Below, piece by piece: positions 20,802 through 30,170 of a DNA stretch of 64,000 bases. Each line of letters opens with the position of its first letter. Position 1 is the stretch's first letter. The notes under the pieces are model-generated. The model was given only the letters and a program-made list of their open reading frames with translations, was not told the origin of the DNA and made no database searches. Source of the stretch: an uncultured Methanoregulaceae archaeon. GTDB lineage: Archaea > Halobacteriota > Methanomicrobia > Methanomicrobiales > Methanospirillaceae. Where the stretch lies: contig OY969564.1 of the NCBI GenBank assembly GCA_963701095.1, forward strand, positions 576,001 to 640,000. Reading direction: 5' to 3'. A program made the position numbers and the translations under genes.

Positions 20802-22383
20802 TGAGCGTACAAAAACTACAGCACGAAAATATCGCCATAACAGTAGTCCAGGAAATCTTCGGTTCTGATGCTGTACCTGCCCGGATCTCGATTGGATGCA
20901 GCGGAGAATGCTCTATAAGCCCGACCACACCGGAATTTGACCGGGCCATTCTCATCCTTGCCAGACATAAATTTGTCCTTATAGGCCTGTTCTGTTCCGA
21001 ATGCCCTGACGGTTCAGGCCATATGCTCCGATATGTTTTTGAACACCGCGACAACCTCCTCGTTCTTGTCAGGCATATCGCCGGAAAACAGGCTATGTCT
21101 GTCGCGACGATCTTTCCCTCGGCTACTTGGCCGGAGCGGGAATGCCGTGATCTGTTTGGCATCAGGTTTGGGGGTGCGTTTGACACCCGGCGCCTTGTAC
21201 TTCATGAAGAATATCCGGAAGGATTCCATCCGCTGGAAAAATCCTGTCCCAACATACCGGTTACTCCAATAAACGCGACAGATACCTATCAATTCCGGAT
21301 GGTCAGTGGCGAGGGTGTCTACCAGGTCCCGGTCGGACCGGTCCATGCCGGTATTATCGAGCCCGGGCATTTTCGGTTCAGCGTGATTGGAGAGACTGTG
21401 TTCAATCTCGAGATCCGCCTGTTCTATACCCATCGCGGTATTGAGAAACTGGCGGAAGGAAAGAATCCGGCAGACTGCATGAAAATTGCCGAAGCCGTCA
21501 GCGGCGACGAATCGGCGGCAAACGCGACCGGGTTCTGTATGGCGGTTGAACGGCTTTCCGATATCATGGTGCCTGACCGTGCCTGGCACCTTCGGACTGT
21601 TTTCTGCGAGTCCGAACGGATCTGTTCCCATCTCGGCGATTTAGCTGGCATGTTGACCGATGTCGCGTTCCCTCTTGGAGCAAGTCAGTTTGCGGTATTG
21701 CGCGAGGAGATGTACCGCGAGAACGAGAAGATTTCCGGCTCCGGTTTCTCCGGGGCATGATCTGCCCCGGTGGCGTGATGCAGGATATTCCTGATGGAAC
21801 TCTGGCCGGTTTCAAGGATTATCTTGTGCGGTTCAAAAAGCAGTTCAGGATCGGGTTATCCATAGTACTTTCGACGACATCGGTGATAGACAGGTTCGCG
21901 CAAACCGGTATTATCAGAAAGCCACTGCTTGCGCCACTCAATATCACCGGGCCGGTCGCACGTGCATCGGGAGGGGAACGGGATGTGCGGGTGGACCATT
22001 CGTACGGCATCTATGACAGGTTTGTTCCTACGCTCCATCTTCTGAACGATGGCGATGTTCTTGCCCGGTTTACGGTAAAGGCTGCAGAGATCCTGGATGC
22101 ACTTGACCTGATTGAACGGGTTATCGCCGCAATTCCTGACGGGCAGATTTGCAGTACTGAACAAATCCGCGACGGTAGTGCACTGGCACTCGTGGAATCA
22201 CCCCGGGGGCAGAATCTTTGCTGGGTTGAGATACAAGAAAAAAAGATCTATCGGTACAAAGTAAGGACTGCATCGTACTGCAACTGGCTTGCACTTGAAC
22301 ACGCTGTACCCGGCAACATTATCGCAGATTTCCCGGTGATCAATAAAAGCCTGAACCTGTCATATGCCGGGACAGATCTCTGA
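20801..22383 (+). CDS. Ehr large subunit (NuoC+NuoD/HyfG-like) without NiFe ligands, 1-nt deletion near 21741
   Basis: ERECRDLFGI, GPVHAGIIEPGHFRF, THRGIEK; AEAVSGD and SLNLSYAGTDL replace the two CxxC NiFe motifs. Confidence 0.9.
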
Positions 22384-22394
22384 GGTGAGATAGG

Positions 22395-22913
22395 ATGGTT
22401 AACGCATTTTCCTGCCTGCTAAAAAAGGAAGTTACCGGTACTCTTCCGTTAAAAGATGATGAAATTGAAAAACTTGGTTATGAAATCCGGCAGGAGATCA
22501 ACGCCCGGTTCGGCAGGAGTCTTGCTATCCGGGAGCTGGATGCAGGTAGTGACAATGCGGCAGAGATCGAAATAAACAACCTCAACAATGCGTTCTATGA
22601 TGTGGAACGTTTCGGTATCACGTTTGTAGCCTCCCCCCGCCATGCAGATGTCCTGATGGTAACCGGTGCTATTACCCACAATATGGCTACTGCTGCCCGG
22701 AAAACCTACGATGCAATGCCGTCTCCCAAGTTTGTCATTGCCGTGGGCGACGATGCCTGCAATGGCGGCATCTACCAAGGAACATACGCAGTCCTTGGTG
22801 GAGCAGACAAGATCCTGCCGGTGGATTTGAAAATACCCGGTAATCCACCGACACCTCTCAAGATTCTTACCGGTCTACTTGCCCTGATGCGATATGCCGG
22901 GAAAAAATCGTGA
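22395..22913 (+). CDS. Ehr small subunit (NuoB/HyfI-like), canonical Cys ligands replaced
   Basis: ERFGITFVASPRHADVLMVTG, PKFVIAVG, PVDLKIPGNPP; GAGGTGA RBS. Confidence 0.9.
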   Translation: MVNAFSCLLKKEVTGTLPLKDDEIEKLGYEIRQEINARFGRSLAIRELDAGSDNAAEIEINNLNNAFYDVERFGITFVASPRHADVLMVTGAITHNMATAARKTYDAMPSPKFVIAVGDDACNGGIYQGTYAVLGGADKILPVDLKIPGNPPTPLKILTGLLALMRYAGKKS

Positions 22914-22989
22914 GAACAAACGACAATTAATCGCAAATTTTTGTTAATATTTCTTTTCCGCTTTTTGGCTTTATTTCCCTCGTCTTTTT

Positions 22990-25593
22990 TTATTTGTTTG
23001 AAGTAAATCGGTACTTTCCCTTCTGAACGTTAATCTCGAACCGGGCACCTTTCCCGGGCAAACCGTTTTCAGTGATGGTACTACCGGTAATTGACAGGAT
23101 CTCACGTGACAGGAACAAACCGAACCCGGTGTTCTTCCCAAAACCCCGGGTAAACAGTCGTTTTTTATCTCCCTGATATATCCCCACGCCATCATCTTCG
23201 CAGATCAGGGCAAGCCCGGACGCCGCTTCCTGCGACCACACACGGATACAGGTCATAGCATCGCCACCGTACCTGAGCGCATTGTCGATGAGGTTATAGA
23301 ATACCTTCTCAAGAAGCGGATCTGCCAGGATCTCAAGATCGATTCGGTCGACTTGAACCTTCACACTCCTCATCGGAAGCTGTGTTGCAGCATGCATAAC
23401 AACCTCATTCACGTTCTGCCATGCAGCGGACTGTATCCCCATATCCTGATAATCCCGGGTGAACGCGATCTGGCGTTCAATCGTATCGATAACCTTCTCC
23501 TCTTTTTTGAGGAATTCAAGGATAGCCGGTTCCTGAATGTGCCTTCGGGAGAGTACCAGGTAACCTCGAAGGGAGAGCAGCTGGTTAAGAATATCGTGCC
23601 GGGTGATGCCGGAGAGGAGGTTGAGTTTCCTGTTTGCTTCCCGTATCGCATCTTCCATTATCCGGCGCCCGGTGATATCTTGAACGGTCCCGTGTAGCTG
23701 AACAACATTTCCCCCTTCATCGCATTTCACTCCTCCAAAGACATGGATCCACATACTCGTGCGATCGGCTCGGAAAATTTCCAGTTCAAGGTTGAATGGA
23801 TTTCCTTTGGTTAGCGCCGTTTCGATGGCTTTTTTGAGTTTATTCCAGCTCTCCGGAGTAAAATACCGTTCGAGTTCTGCATGAGTAGGAGCATGCCTTG
23901 GCGTGTCCTTTCTGATCATTCTGTAAAGTTCATCGGACAGAATAACGGTATCAGCATCCCGTGACCACTCCCATATCCCGATTTGAGCGAGACGGTATGC
24001 TTTATTTCGTTCTTCCTGAGCTGCCGCAAGCTGTTTATTTTTCTCCCGTAACTCAAGCTCTGTCTGCCGGTGTCCAGTGATATCGATGGCAACCCCAAGC
24101 ACCGCTGGTTTTTCGCAGCCCGGAAGAGAAAACGGGACTTTTGTTGTCTGGAGATGCCGTTGATTCCCGTACGCGTCAATATAGAGCTCCTCGGGAATGA
24201 ACTTGATCTGTCCTGTTGCAATGACCTCCCGATCATCCTCCAGCATCTGGCGGAGTTCTTCCTCATCCTTGTGAAAAAGCGCATGAGACTTCCCTTCGAG
24301 TTCGTTGACCGTAGTATTATATCCCTCTGCCACAGCCCGGTTTGCAAGGATATACTTTCCATCATAATCCTTGGCAAAGATCATGTGTGGAACGAGATCG
24401 ATAATCTGCCGCAGCTGGGCTTCCCTGCTTTTGAGTGCCTCCACATATTGTTTACGTTCGGTGATATCTCTGGCTTCTATGATGAGCAACCGTATGGAAT
24501 TGTCAGCTCCGAATACTGGTTTGAGGGAAAAGTCAACCTGCATCGTGGTATGGTCCAAACCCTGCAGCTCAGCTTCATAACGGACAAAGTTCCCGGAAGC
24601 TGCGTTGCGGATCCCTTCCTGTAACTCCCTGATTCCTGCCTCATCTCCCTTCCACCAAGGAGTTTCCCAGAAGGGGAGATTTATAACGTCTTCCATCCGA
24701 GCACCGATAAAACTCAGTGCCGTTCTGTTGGCATCAGTCAGGATTCCCTCCGGTGTCATCATACCAGTAAACTGGAAGGTACTGTCAAAGATTGCCCGCA
24801 TCTTGCTCTCGCGATCCCTGAGTGCTTCTTCTGCCTTCCTGCGTGCCGTCACATCACGGAAGACTACATGCACAGCGGGTTTATTCCTCCAAGCAAACGG
24901 TCGTGCTACCACATCCACATCGATAACGCTCCCATTCTTCCGGATAAATTTTTCCTGAATAACCGGCAGGTTCTCTTCAGTTGCAGATACTGATCGCTTA
25001 CGCACCAGTTCACGGTAAGCAGGGTGCACAAAAGACAGGAGTGGTTTCCCTATGATCTCATCGGATTTTTCTGCACCCATGAGTTTGAAGGCCGTGGCGT
25101 TTGCATAGACAATTAACCCATCCTGGTGAATCACAATACCGTCAAAGGAGGTTTCCACGAGGATCCGGTATTTCTCTTCACTCTCGCGCAATGCATACTC
25201 ATGAGCACGTTCTTCCTGTCTCCGCGAGACCGCCTGGCGGATCTTGTGCGCCAGCTCGGCAAACTGTGCCGTTGGATCTCCGCCTTTCTGGAGATAGAAG
25301 TCCGCGCCTGAATTAATGGCATCTATTACAACCTCTTCGCGTCCTCTTCCGGTAAACAGGATAAACGGGAGGGTATTTCCCGACCCTTTTAACATTTTTA
25401 GAAATGCGATTCCATCTATATCCGGCATCTTGTAATCGGAAATGATGGCATCGTATGTTTTAGTATTCAAAAGAGTAAGTGCATCCCGGGCAGAAGTAGT
25501 GATATCAATGCTGAACTGTCCGCTCTGCTCGAGAAAGAGTTTGCCTATTTCAAGCAGGCCGGGTTCGTCATCGACGTAGAGAACATTGTACAT
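22990..25593 (-). CDS. Hybrid REC-PAS(x4)-histidine kinase
   Basis: VLYVDDE/ISDYKMP receiver, repeated PAS-PAC ends (DVT/DIT), RHDILNQL H-box, NLIDNA, DDGVG, GFGLF. Confidence 0.92.
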   Translation of the reverse strand: MYNVLYVDDEPGLLEIGKLFLEQSGQFSIDITTSARDALTLLNTKTYDAIISDYKMPDIDGIAFLKMLKGSGNTLPFILFTGRGREEVVIDAINSGADFYLQKGGDPTAQFAELAHKIRQAVSRRQEERAHEYALRESEEKYRILVETSFDGIVIHQDGLIVYANATAFKLMGAEKSDEIIGKPLLSFVHPAYRELVRKRSVSATEENLPVIQEKFIRKNGSVIDVDVVARPFAWRNKPAVHVVFRDVTARRKAEEALRDRESKMRAIFDSTFQFTGMMTPEGILTDANRTALSFIGARMEDVINLPFWETPWWKGDEAGIRELQEGIRNAASGNFVRYEAELQGLDHTTMQVDFSLKPVFGADNSIRLLIIEARDITERKQYVEALKSREAQLRQIIDLVPHMIFAKDYDGKYILANRAVAEGYNTTVNELEGKSHALFHKDEEELRQMLEDDREVIATGQIKFIPEELYIDAYGNQRHLQTTKVPFSLPGCEKPAVLGVAIDITGHRQTELELREKNKQLAAAQEERNKAYRLAQIGIWEWSRDADTVILSDELYRMIRKDTPRHAPTHAELERYFTPESWNKLKKAIETALTKGNPFNLELEIFRADRTSMWIHVFGGVKCDEGGNVVQLHGTVQDITGRRIMEDAIREANRKLNLLSGITRHDILNQLLSLRGYLVLSRRHIQEPAILEFLKKEEKVIDTIERQIAFTRDYQDMGIQSAAWQNVNEVVMHAATQLPMRSVKVQVDRIDLEILADPLLEKVFYNLIDNALRYGGDAMTCIRVWSQEAASGLALICEDDGVGIYQGDKKRLFTRGFGKNTGFGLFLSREILSITGSTITENGLPGKGARFEINVQKGKYRFTSNK

Positions 25594-25814
25594 GCGTTAT
25601 ACCGCGTCTTATCATGTTACTGGTAGGTTTGAGAGATATAAAAAACACAGGATATATATCTCACCGTTTCAGGTATTACGCGCATCCCCTTTCGTTAATC
25701 CTCTTCTCCCGCTCACTTTCACCCCCCACAGACCGGATCTTTATCCCCCCAGTGCAGCAGGGATCCGGTGTTATGCAGATCAAGATCCGAAATAAGACAC
25801 TGGGGGTGTCGTAA

Positions 25815-26069
25815 ATGGGCAGGACATTTTCCAGTATCCGGCTGGGTGTTAACAACATGGCGGACCGGTGGGCCCGGTCAGCCCGGGCACTCAAAAAGGA
25901 GGGCCGGAAGTATGGCGAGCGTCTCGTGGAACTTGTAAAAACGCATTCGAGTGAAGCATTTGTGGCTTGCGATGACCCTCTCGAAGCCGTAGTCTTCTCT
26001 GCACTTGTCGAAATCTTCAAACGCCAGGACCGGCTTGAAGCAGGGGTTGAGAAATATGTGGATTCTTGA
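25815..26069 (+). CDS. Small helical PolB2-associated protein (arCOG07300-like)
   Basis: MGRTFSSIR...DPLEAVVFSALVE pattern; overlaps the polB start. Confidence 0.7.
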   Translation: MGRTFSSIRLGVNNMADRWARSARALKKEGRKYGERLVELVKTHSSEAFVACDDPLEAVVFSALVEIFKRQDRLEAGVEKYVDS

Positions 26070-28011
26070 TACCGCATACCGGGATGGAGGTATCGATCTC
26101 TGGACAAAGGAGAGGGGCACCGTAACAAAAGTTCACCGCGCGTACATCCCGGAGTTTTATGCCCGGTTCCACGACCCGCACACCTACCCGGATATGATCG
26201 CGGCACTGGAAAAACGGTATGGCGCCAGGGAATGCACCATCCGCACCATTTTTGGGGAAGACAAAGGCTGGGCGATCTCTGCCGGCCGGGAAGTAGCCGA
26301 AACTATCGAACACCAGGTGCAGTACGCGGTTGATCTCTATAATGTGGACGTGCGCAGGGATCAGCGTTTCATGGCAGAACAGGGAATTGTTCCCTGCACC
26401 GGGGAACGCGATGACCGGTTTTCCCCGGAAATTTCCCATGATCTGGCTATCCTTGAGATCAGGATCCGTGGCAACCCTTCCATAACCACGTCTTGCACCG
26501 ATGTAGAAGTTATCCACGGACGAACAGAGCGGCTTACCGGCAAGACAAAGGCAGTACTTGTGGATCTTTTCGGTCTTGTTGGATCATATAACCCTGATGT
26601 GATTCTTATGCCGGACGCTGATACGTGGATGTCGAAGATCCGGACCCTCGCGCAGCAGTATAACCTTATAATGCCCTTCTCTCGGAACGGAAAGTACCGG
26701 CAGATGGATTCCCGTTCGTACTGGAGTTACGGGAGAATGGAGCATAAGGCGGCCGCACTTGTCCCGGACGGCCGTATCCTCATTGATACGGAACAATCGT
26801 TTGTCTACCATGAGGGTGGACTCGACGGCGTTCTTATGGCAGCCCGGCTTTCGGGGATCTCCCCCAACCTCGCGTCCCGGTTCACGCCAGGAACACTCAT
26901 CAGCAGTTACGAGACTTACGAGGCGATAAAAAAAGGCATCGGAGTACCATTCCGCAAGAGCGACCCGGAGCTGGTGCGGAAGCTTCCCGCACTTCTGGCT
27001 GCCGACCGGGGCGGAATGATGTTCCAGCCAAATCCAGGAGTCTTTGAAAATGTCGATGAAATCGATTTTACCTCCATGTACCCCTCCATCATCGTACAAT
27101 CAAATCTCTCACCGGAAACAATCGGTCACACGGAACGCGCAGGATTTCTTCCCGCCGTGCTTAAACCGTTACTTGATCTCCGTATCGCGACAAAACGGCT
27201 CAAAAAAACCGATCCCCGGTTTGCCGGCACCGATGCGATTCTCAAGTGGATGCTTGTGACCTGCTTTGGGTATACCGGTTACAAGAATGCAAAGTTCGGA
27301 AGAATTGAAGTGCACGAAGGTATCACCAGAACGTCACGGGAAATACTGTTGCAGACAAAAAAGATCGCTGAAACCATGGGCTTTCGCGTGCTGCACGGTA
27401 TCGTCGACTGTCTCTGGGTACAGGGAACGCCAGTCAATGCACTGATGGAACAAATCGAGAAAACGATCAGTCTCTTCATTGAGGCCGACCATTTCGACTG
27501 GATCGTTTTCCTGCCCCTTGCAGACGGGTTTGGTGCGTACAACCGGTATTATGGCAGGCAGCCTGACCAAAGTATTAAAGTCCGGGGGATAGCAGCACGC
27601 AGACACGATACACCAGCGTATGTTCGGGAGATGCAGCGTCGTATGTTGTATATTATGAAACGGGCAGCAACCATCACAGAGCTCATACAGGTAAAAGATG
27701 AGATTTCCGGTATTTTCTGGCAGGCTGTCGCGGACCTTCCTAACGCGGACCCGGAACAGATGACAATCAGTCGCCGGATTAGCCGGCTGACGTACACTCA
27801 CCGATGCCTTGAAGGTGCAGCGGTTCAGGCATACCGGGATCGGGGAGTTACGGTATCTCCCGGTATGAAGATTCAGTATACCGTGACCGATGCCTCCCGG
27901 TACCAGGTAGCCCCTGCATGGTGTGCAGACACCTTCGATCCAGAGTTCTACCGCGGGCTTCTCGATCGGGCATACGCCGAAATCACGTTTGCGTTTGCCG
28001 GATCGTACTGA
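26056..28011 (+). CDS. Family B DNA polymerase, PolB2 group
   Basis: Motif A EIDFTSMYPSII, motif B LKWMLVTCFGYTGY, altered motif C HGIVDC; no Exo I-III motifs recognised. Confidence 0.9.
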   Translation: MWILDTAYRDGGIDLWTKERGTVTKVHRAYIPEFYARFHDPHTYPDMIAALEKRYGARECTIRTIFGEDKGWAISAGREVAETIEHQVQYAVDLYNVDVRRDQRFMAEQGIVPCTGERDDRFSPEISHDLAILEIRIRGNPSITTSCTDVEVIHGRTERLTGKTKAVLVDLFGLVGSYNPDVILMPDADTWMSKIRTLAQQYNLIMPFSRNGKYRQMDSRSYWSYGRMEHKAAALVPDGRILIDTEQSFVYHEGGLDGVLMAARLSGISPNLASRFTPGTLISSYETYEAIKKGIGVPFRKSDPELVRKLPALLAADRGGMMFQPNPGVFENVDEIDFTSMYPSIIVQSNLSPETIGHTERAGFLPAVLKPLLDLRIATKRLKKTDPRFAGTDAILKWMLVTCFGYTGYKNAKFGRIEVHEGITRTSREILLQTKKIAETMGFRVLHGIVDCLWVQGTPVNALMEQIEKTISLFIEADHFDWIVFLPLADGFGAYNRYYGRQPDQSIKVRGIAARRHDTPAYVREMQRRMLYIMKRAATITELIQVKDEISGIFWQAVADLPNADPEQMTISRRISRLTYTHRCLEGAAVQAYRDRGVTVSPGMKIQYTVTDASRYQVAPAWCADTFDPEFYRGLLDRAYAEITFAFAGSY

Positions 28012-28237
28012 ATGGGATGTAAAACGGGATCTTTTTACGCCACCCCGCTTATTTCTTTTTCGGCACAACCTAGCTGGGATGTCACTTGTAATAAACCAAA
28101 AGTGTTTATACCGCTTTTTGAAAATTACCCCACTATTGAAATATCGATTGAGTGAGGGGTATGCGAGAAAATGATCCTGTAAAAACCGACCGTTTTTTTA
28201 CTGGCGATAGGGAGAAGAACAAGGTGGGGATATAAGC

Positions 28238-29158
28238 ATGATATACGGTATTCGGTCTGGAGAAAAAGGGATCCGGGTTGTTATCACTGGGAAAGGGGGC
28301 GTCGGCAAGACTACTCTTGCAGCCCTCATTTCCCACCTGTTTGCAAGGGAAGGCAAACGAGTCCTTGCAATTGATGGAGACCCCCAGCAGAATCTTGCGG
28401 TGGCGCTCGGAATACCAAAATCAAAAGCAGAAAGTATTGTAACGGTATCAGAACAGTACGGATGTCACTGCGAGAGGACCGTAAAAGGTGATAATGGGTC
28501 ACCGGGCGGTTTTTTCATGCTTAATCCTGACGATGTCGACCGGATTTCGATACCTGCGGGAAATAATATCCGTCTATTGGTCATGGGAGGAGCAAAAGAG
28601 GCCGGCGGATGCCTCTGTCCGGAGTATTCCCTGCTTGCAGCAATACTCAGGCACATGAATATTCTTGAGGATGAAGTTATCATTCTCGATACACCGGCCG
28701 GCCTTGAACATTTTGGACGATCAGTCGCTGAAGGGTTTACCTGTGCGGTGGTTATCACAGATCGATCGTACAATGCAATTTCTGTAGCCCGGAAATCCGC
28801 GGCACTGGCCCACCATCTCGGTATAGAAAATGTTGTACTTGCCATCAACAGAGCTGATGGTGAGACCAGAAACATTAATGTCTGCGGCAGAGAAGGGGGG
28901 GTTGCGGAGTTTTCACAGACCATTGTCATTCCTTTCGAACCAGAGGCCAGCCGTATAGAACCAGAGGTTATACCATTGGTCAACAGCAATTCAGCATTTA
29001 TAAAAAGCATCGAAATACTTGTAGCAGCAATTTCTGGCCGGTGCGAGAGCTGGTCCCGCCGGTTCGTTAAAAAACGCGAAGGGAATACAATTTTTCCGCT
29101 CCCTTTAAAAGATTTACTGAGGAATAGGATTCGCGTCCCGCGTGTTTATCGTTGGTGA
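28238..29158 (+). CDS. cooC: CooC-like MinD-family ATPase (Ni insertion)
   Basis: GKGGVGKTT, IDGDPQQNL, GGCLCPE (CxC), DTPAGLEHFGR. Confidence 0.82.
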   Translation: MIYGIRSGEKGIRVVITGKGGVGKTTLAALISHLFAREGKRVLAIDGDPQQNLAVALGIPKSKAESIVTVSEQYGCHCERTVKGDNGSPGGFFMLNPDDVDRISIPAGNNIRLLVMGGAKEAGGCLCPEYSLLAAILRHMNILEDEVIILDTPAGLEHFGRSVAEGFTCAVVITDRSYNAISVARKSAALAHHLGIENVVLAINRADGETRNINVCGREGGVAEFSQTIVIPFEPEASRIEPEVIPLVNSNSAFIKSIEILVAAISGRCESWSRRFVKKREGNTIFPLPLKDLLRNRIRVPRVYRW

Positions 29159-29196
29159 AAACAAACGTTTTTCCATATCCTTATGGACAGTGGCTA

Positions 29197-30069
29197 ATGA
29201 ACAGTACCGATCCCATTGAGATCCCGGCCCATCATGCGGTGTTTTCCGTAACGGCACTTTCCCCCCGGTTTCCTATACCCCCTGAAATCCCAGCACAGGC
29301 TCTGTTGATTCTTGTTTCTAACCAGCGCATAGCGATTTACGACGGTGATACTCCACAGATCTATTCGCAGGCCGGGCTTCATACGAATATCCGTACTTCG
29401 TGTCTTATTGAATATCTCGGCCACAAAGGTGCAGTCCCCTATTACGCTGCAGGGTTGGCTGACAATACTCTGCTCCCGGAGGGTTGGACTTTGAGTGGCG
29501 TGCGCGAGCTTTACGGAAGAATACCAGAAGAAGATCTTGCAAATGCATCTTTTGCGGTCCGTATGATCGGATCGGCAGAAACAAGCCGTTTCTGCGGCCG
29601 GTGCGGGCACGAAACTGAGCGTGTCATTATGGAACGGTCAAAAAAATGCCCAGCCTGCGGATTGGTGAGCTATCCACGAATATCCCCGGCAATTATCGTC
29701 CTTATCATGCGGGGTGATACGATCCTGCTTGCCCGGTCTCCCCGGTTTCCAGAAGGGATGCGGAGCGTAATCGCTGGGTTTGCAGAACCGGGAGAAACAC
29801 TGGAAGACGCTGTCCGACGCGAAGTACAGGAAGAGGTGGGTATTTCCGTAAAAAATATCCATTATTTTGCCAGTGAACCTTGGCCGTTCCCGGATTCGCT
29901 CATGATCGGATTTGTGGCCGATTATGCCTCTGGTGAGATAGTTATTGACAACAATGAAATCATCGCTGCAGGTTGGTTTGGGCTGGACAATCTGCCAACG
30001 CTTCCCCAACAAATGAGCATATCGAGAGCACTTATCGATTATTGGATAAACCTGAAAACAGATAGGTAA
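29197..30069 (+). CDS. nudC: NAD(H) diphosphatase, Nudix family
   Basis: FCGRCG/CPACG Zn ribbon, AGFAEPGETLEDAVRREVQEEVG Nudix box, SEPWPFPDSLM. Confidence 0.92.
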   Translation: MNSTDPIEIPAHHAVFSVTALSPRFPIPPEIPAQALLILVSNQRIAIYDGDTPQIYSQAGLHTNIRTSCLIEYLGHKGAVPYYAAGLADNTLLPEGWTLSGVRELYGRIPEEDLANASFAVRMIGSAETSRFCGRCGHETERVIMERSKKCPACGLVSYPRISPAIIVLIMRGDTILLARSPRFPEGMRSVIAGFAEPGETLEDAVRREVQEEVGISVKNIHYFASEPWPFPDSLMIGFVADYASGEIVIDNNEIIAAGWFGLDNLPTLPQQMSISRALIDYWINLKTDR

Positions 30070-30170
30070 TGCCTTACCACAGGAAAACTGCCACGTTTTG
30101 GAGCATGAACAGAACCGCAGGCGATATAAACATAGATATAATATAAAGCCTTTTAACTTGTTAGAGAGCA

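Noticed and set aside
15748..22913. A functional [NiFe] hydrogenase-4 / formate hydrogenlyase
   Set aside because: Both NiFe CxxC motifs and the maturation-cleaved C-terminal tail are absent.
26056..28011. Casposon, virus or pipolin polymerase
   Set aside because: No cas1, integrase, capsid gene or terminal repeats; the motifs and partner gene fit cellular PolB2.
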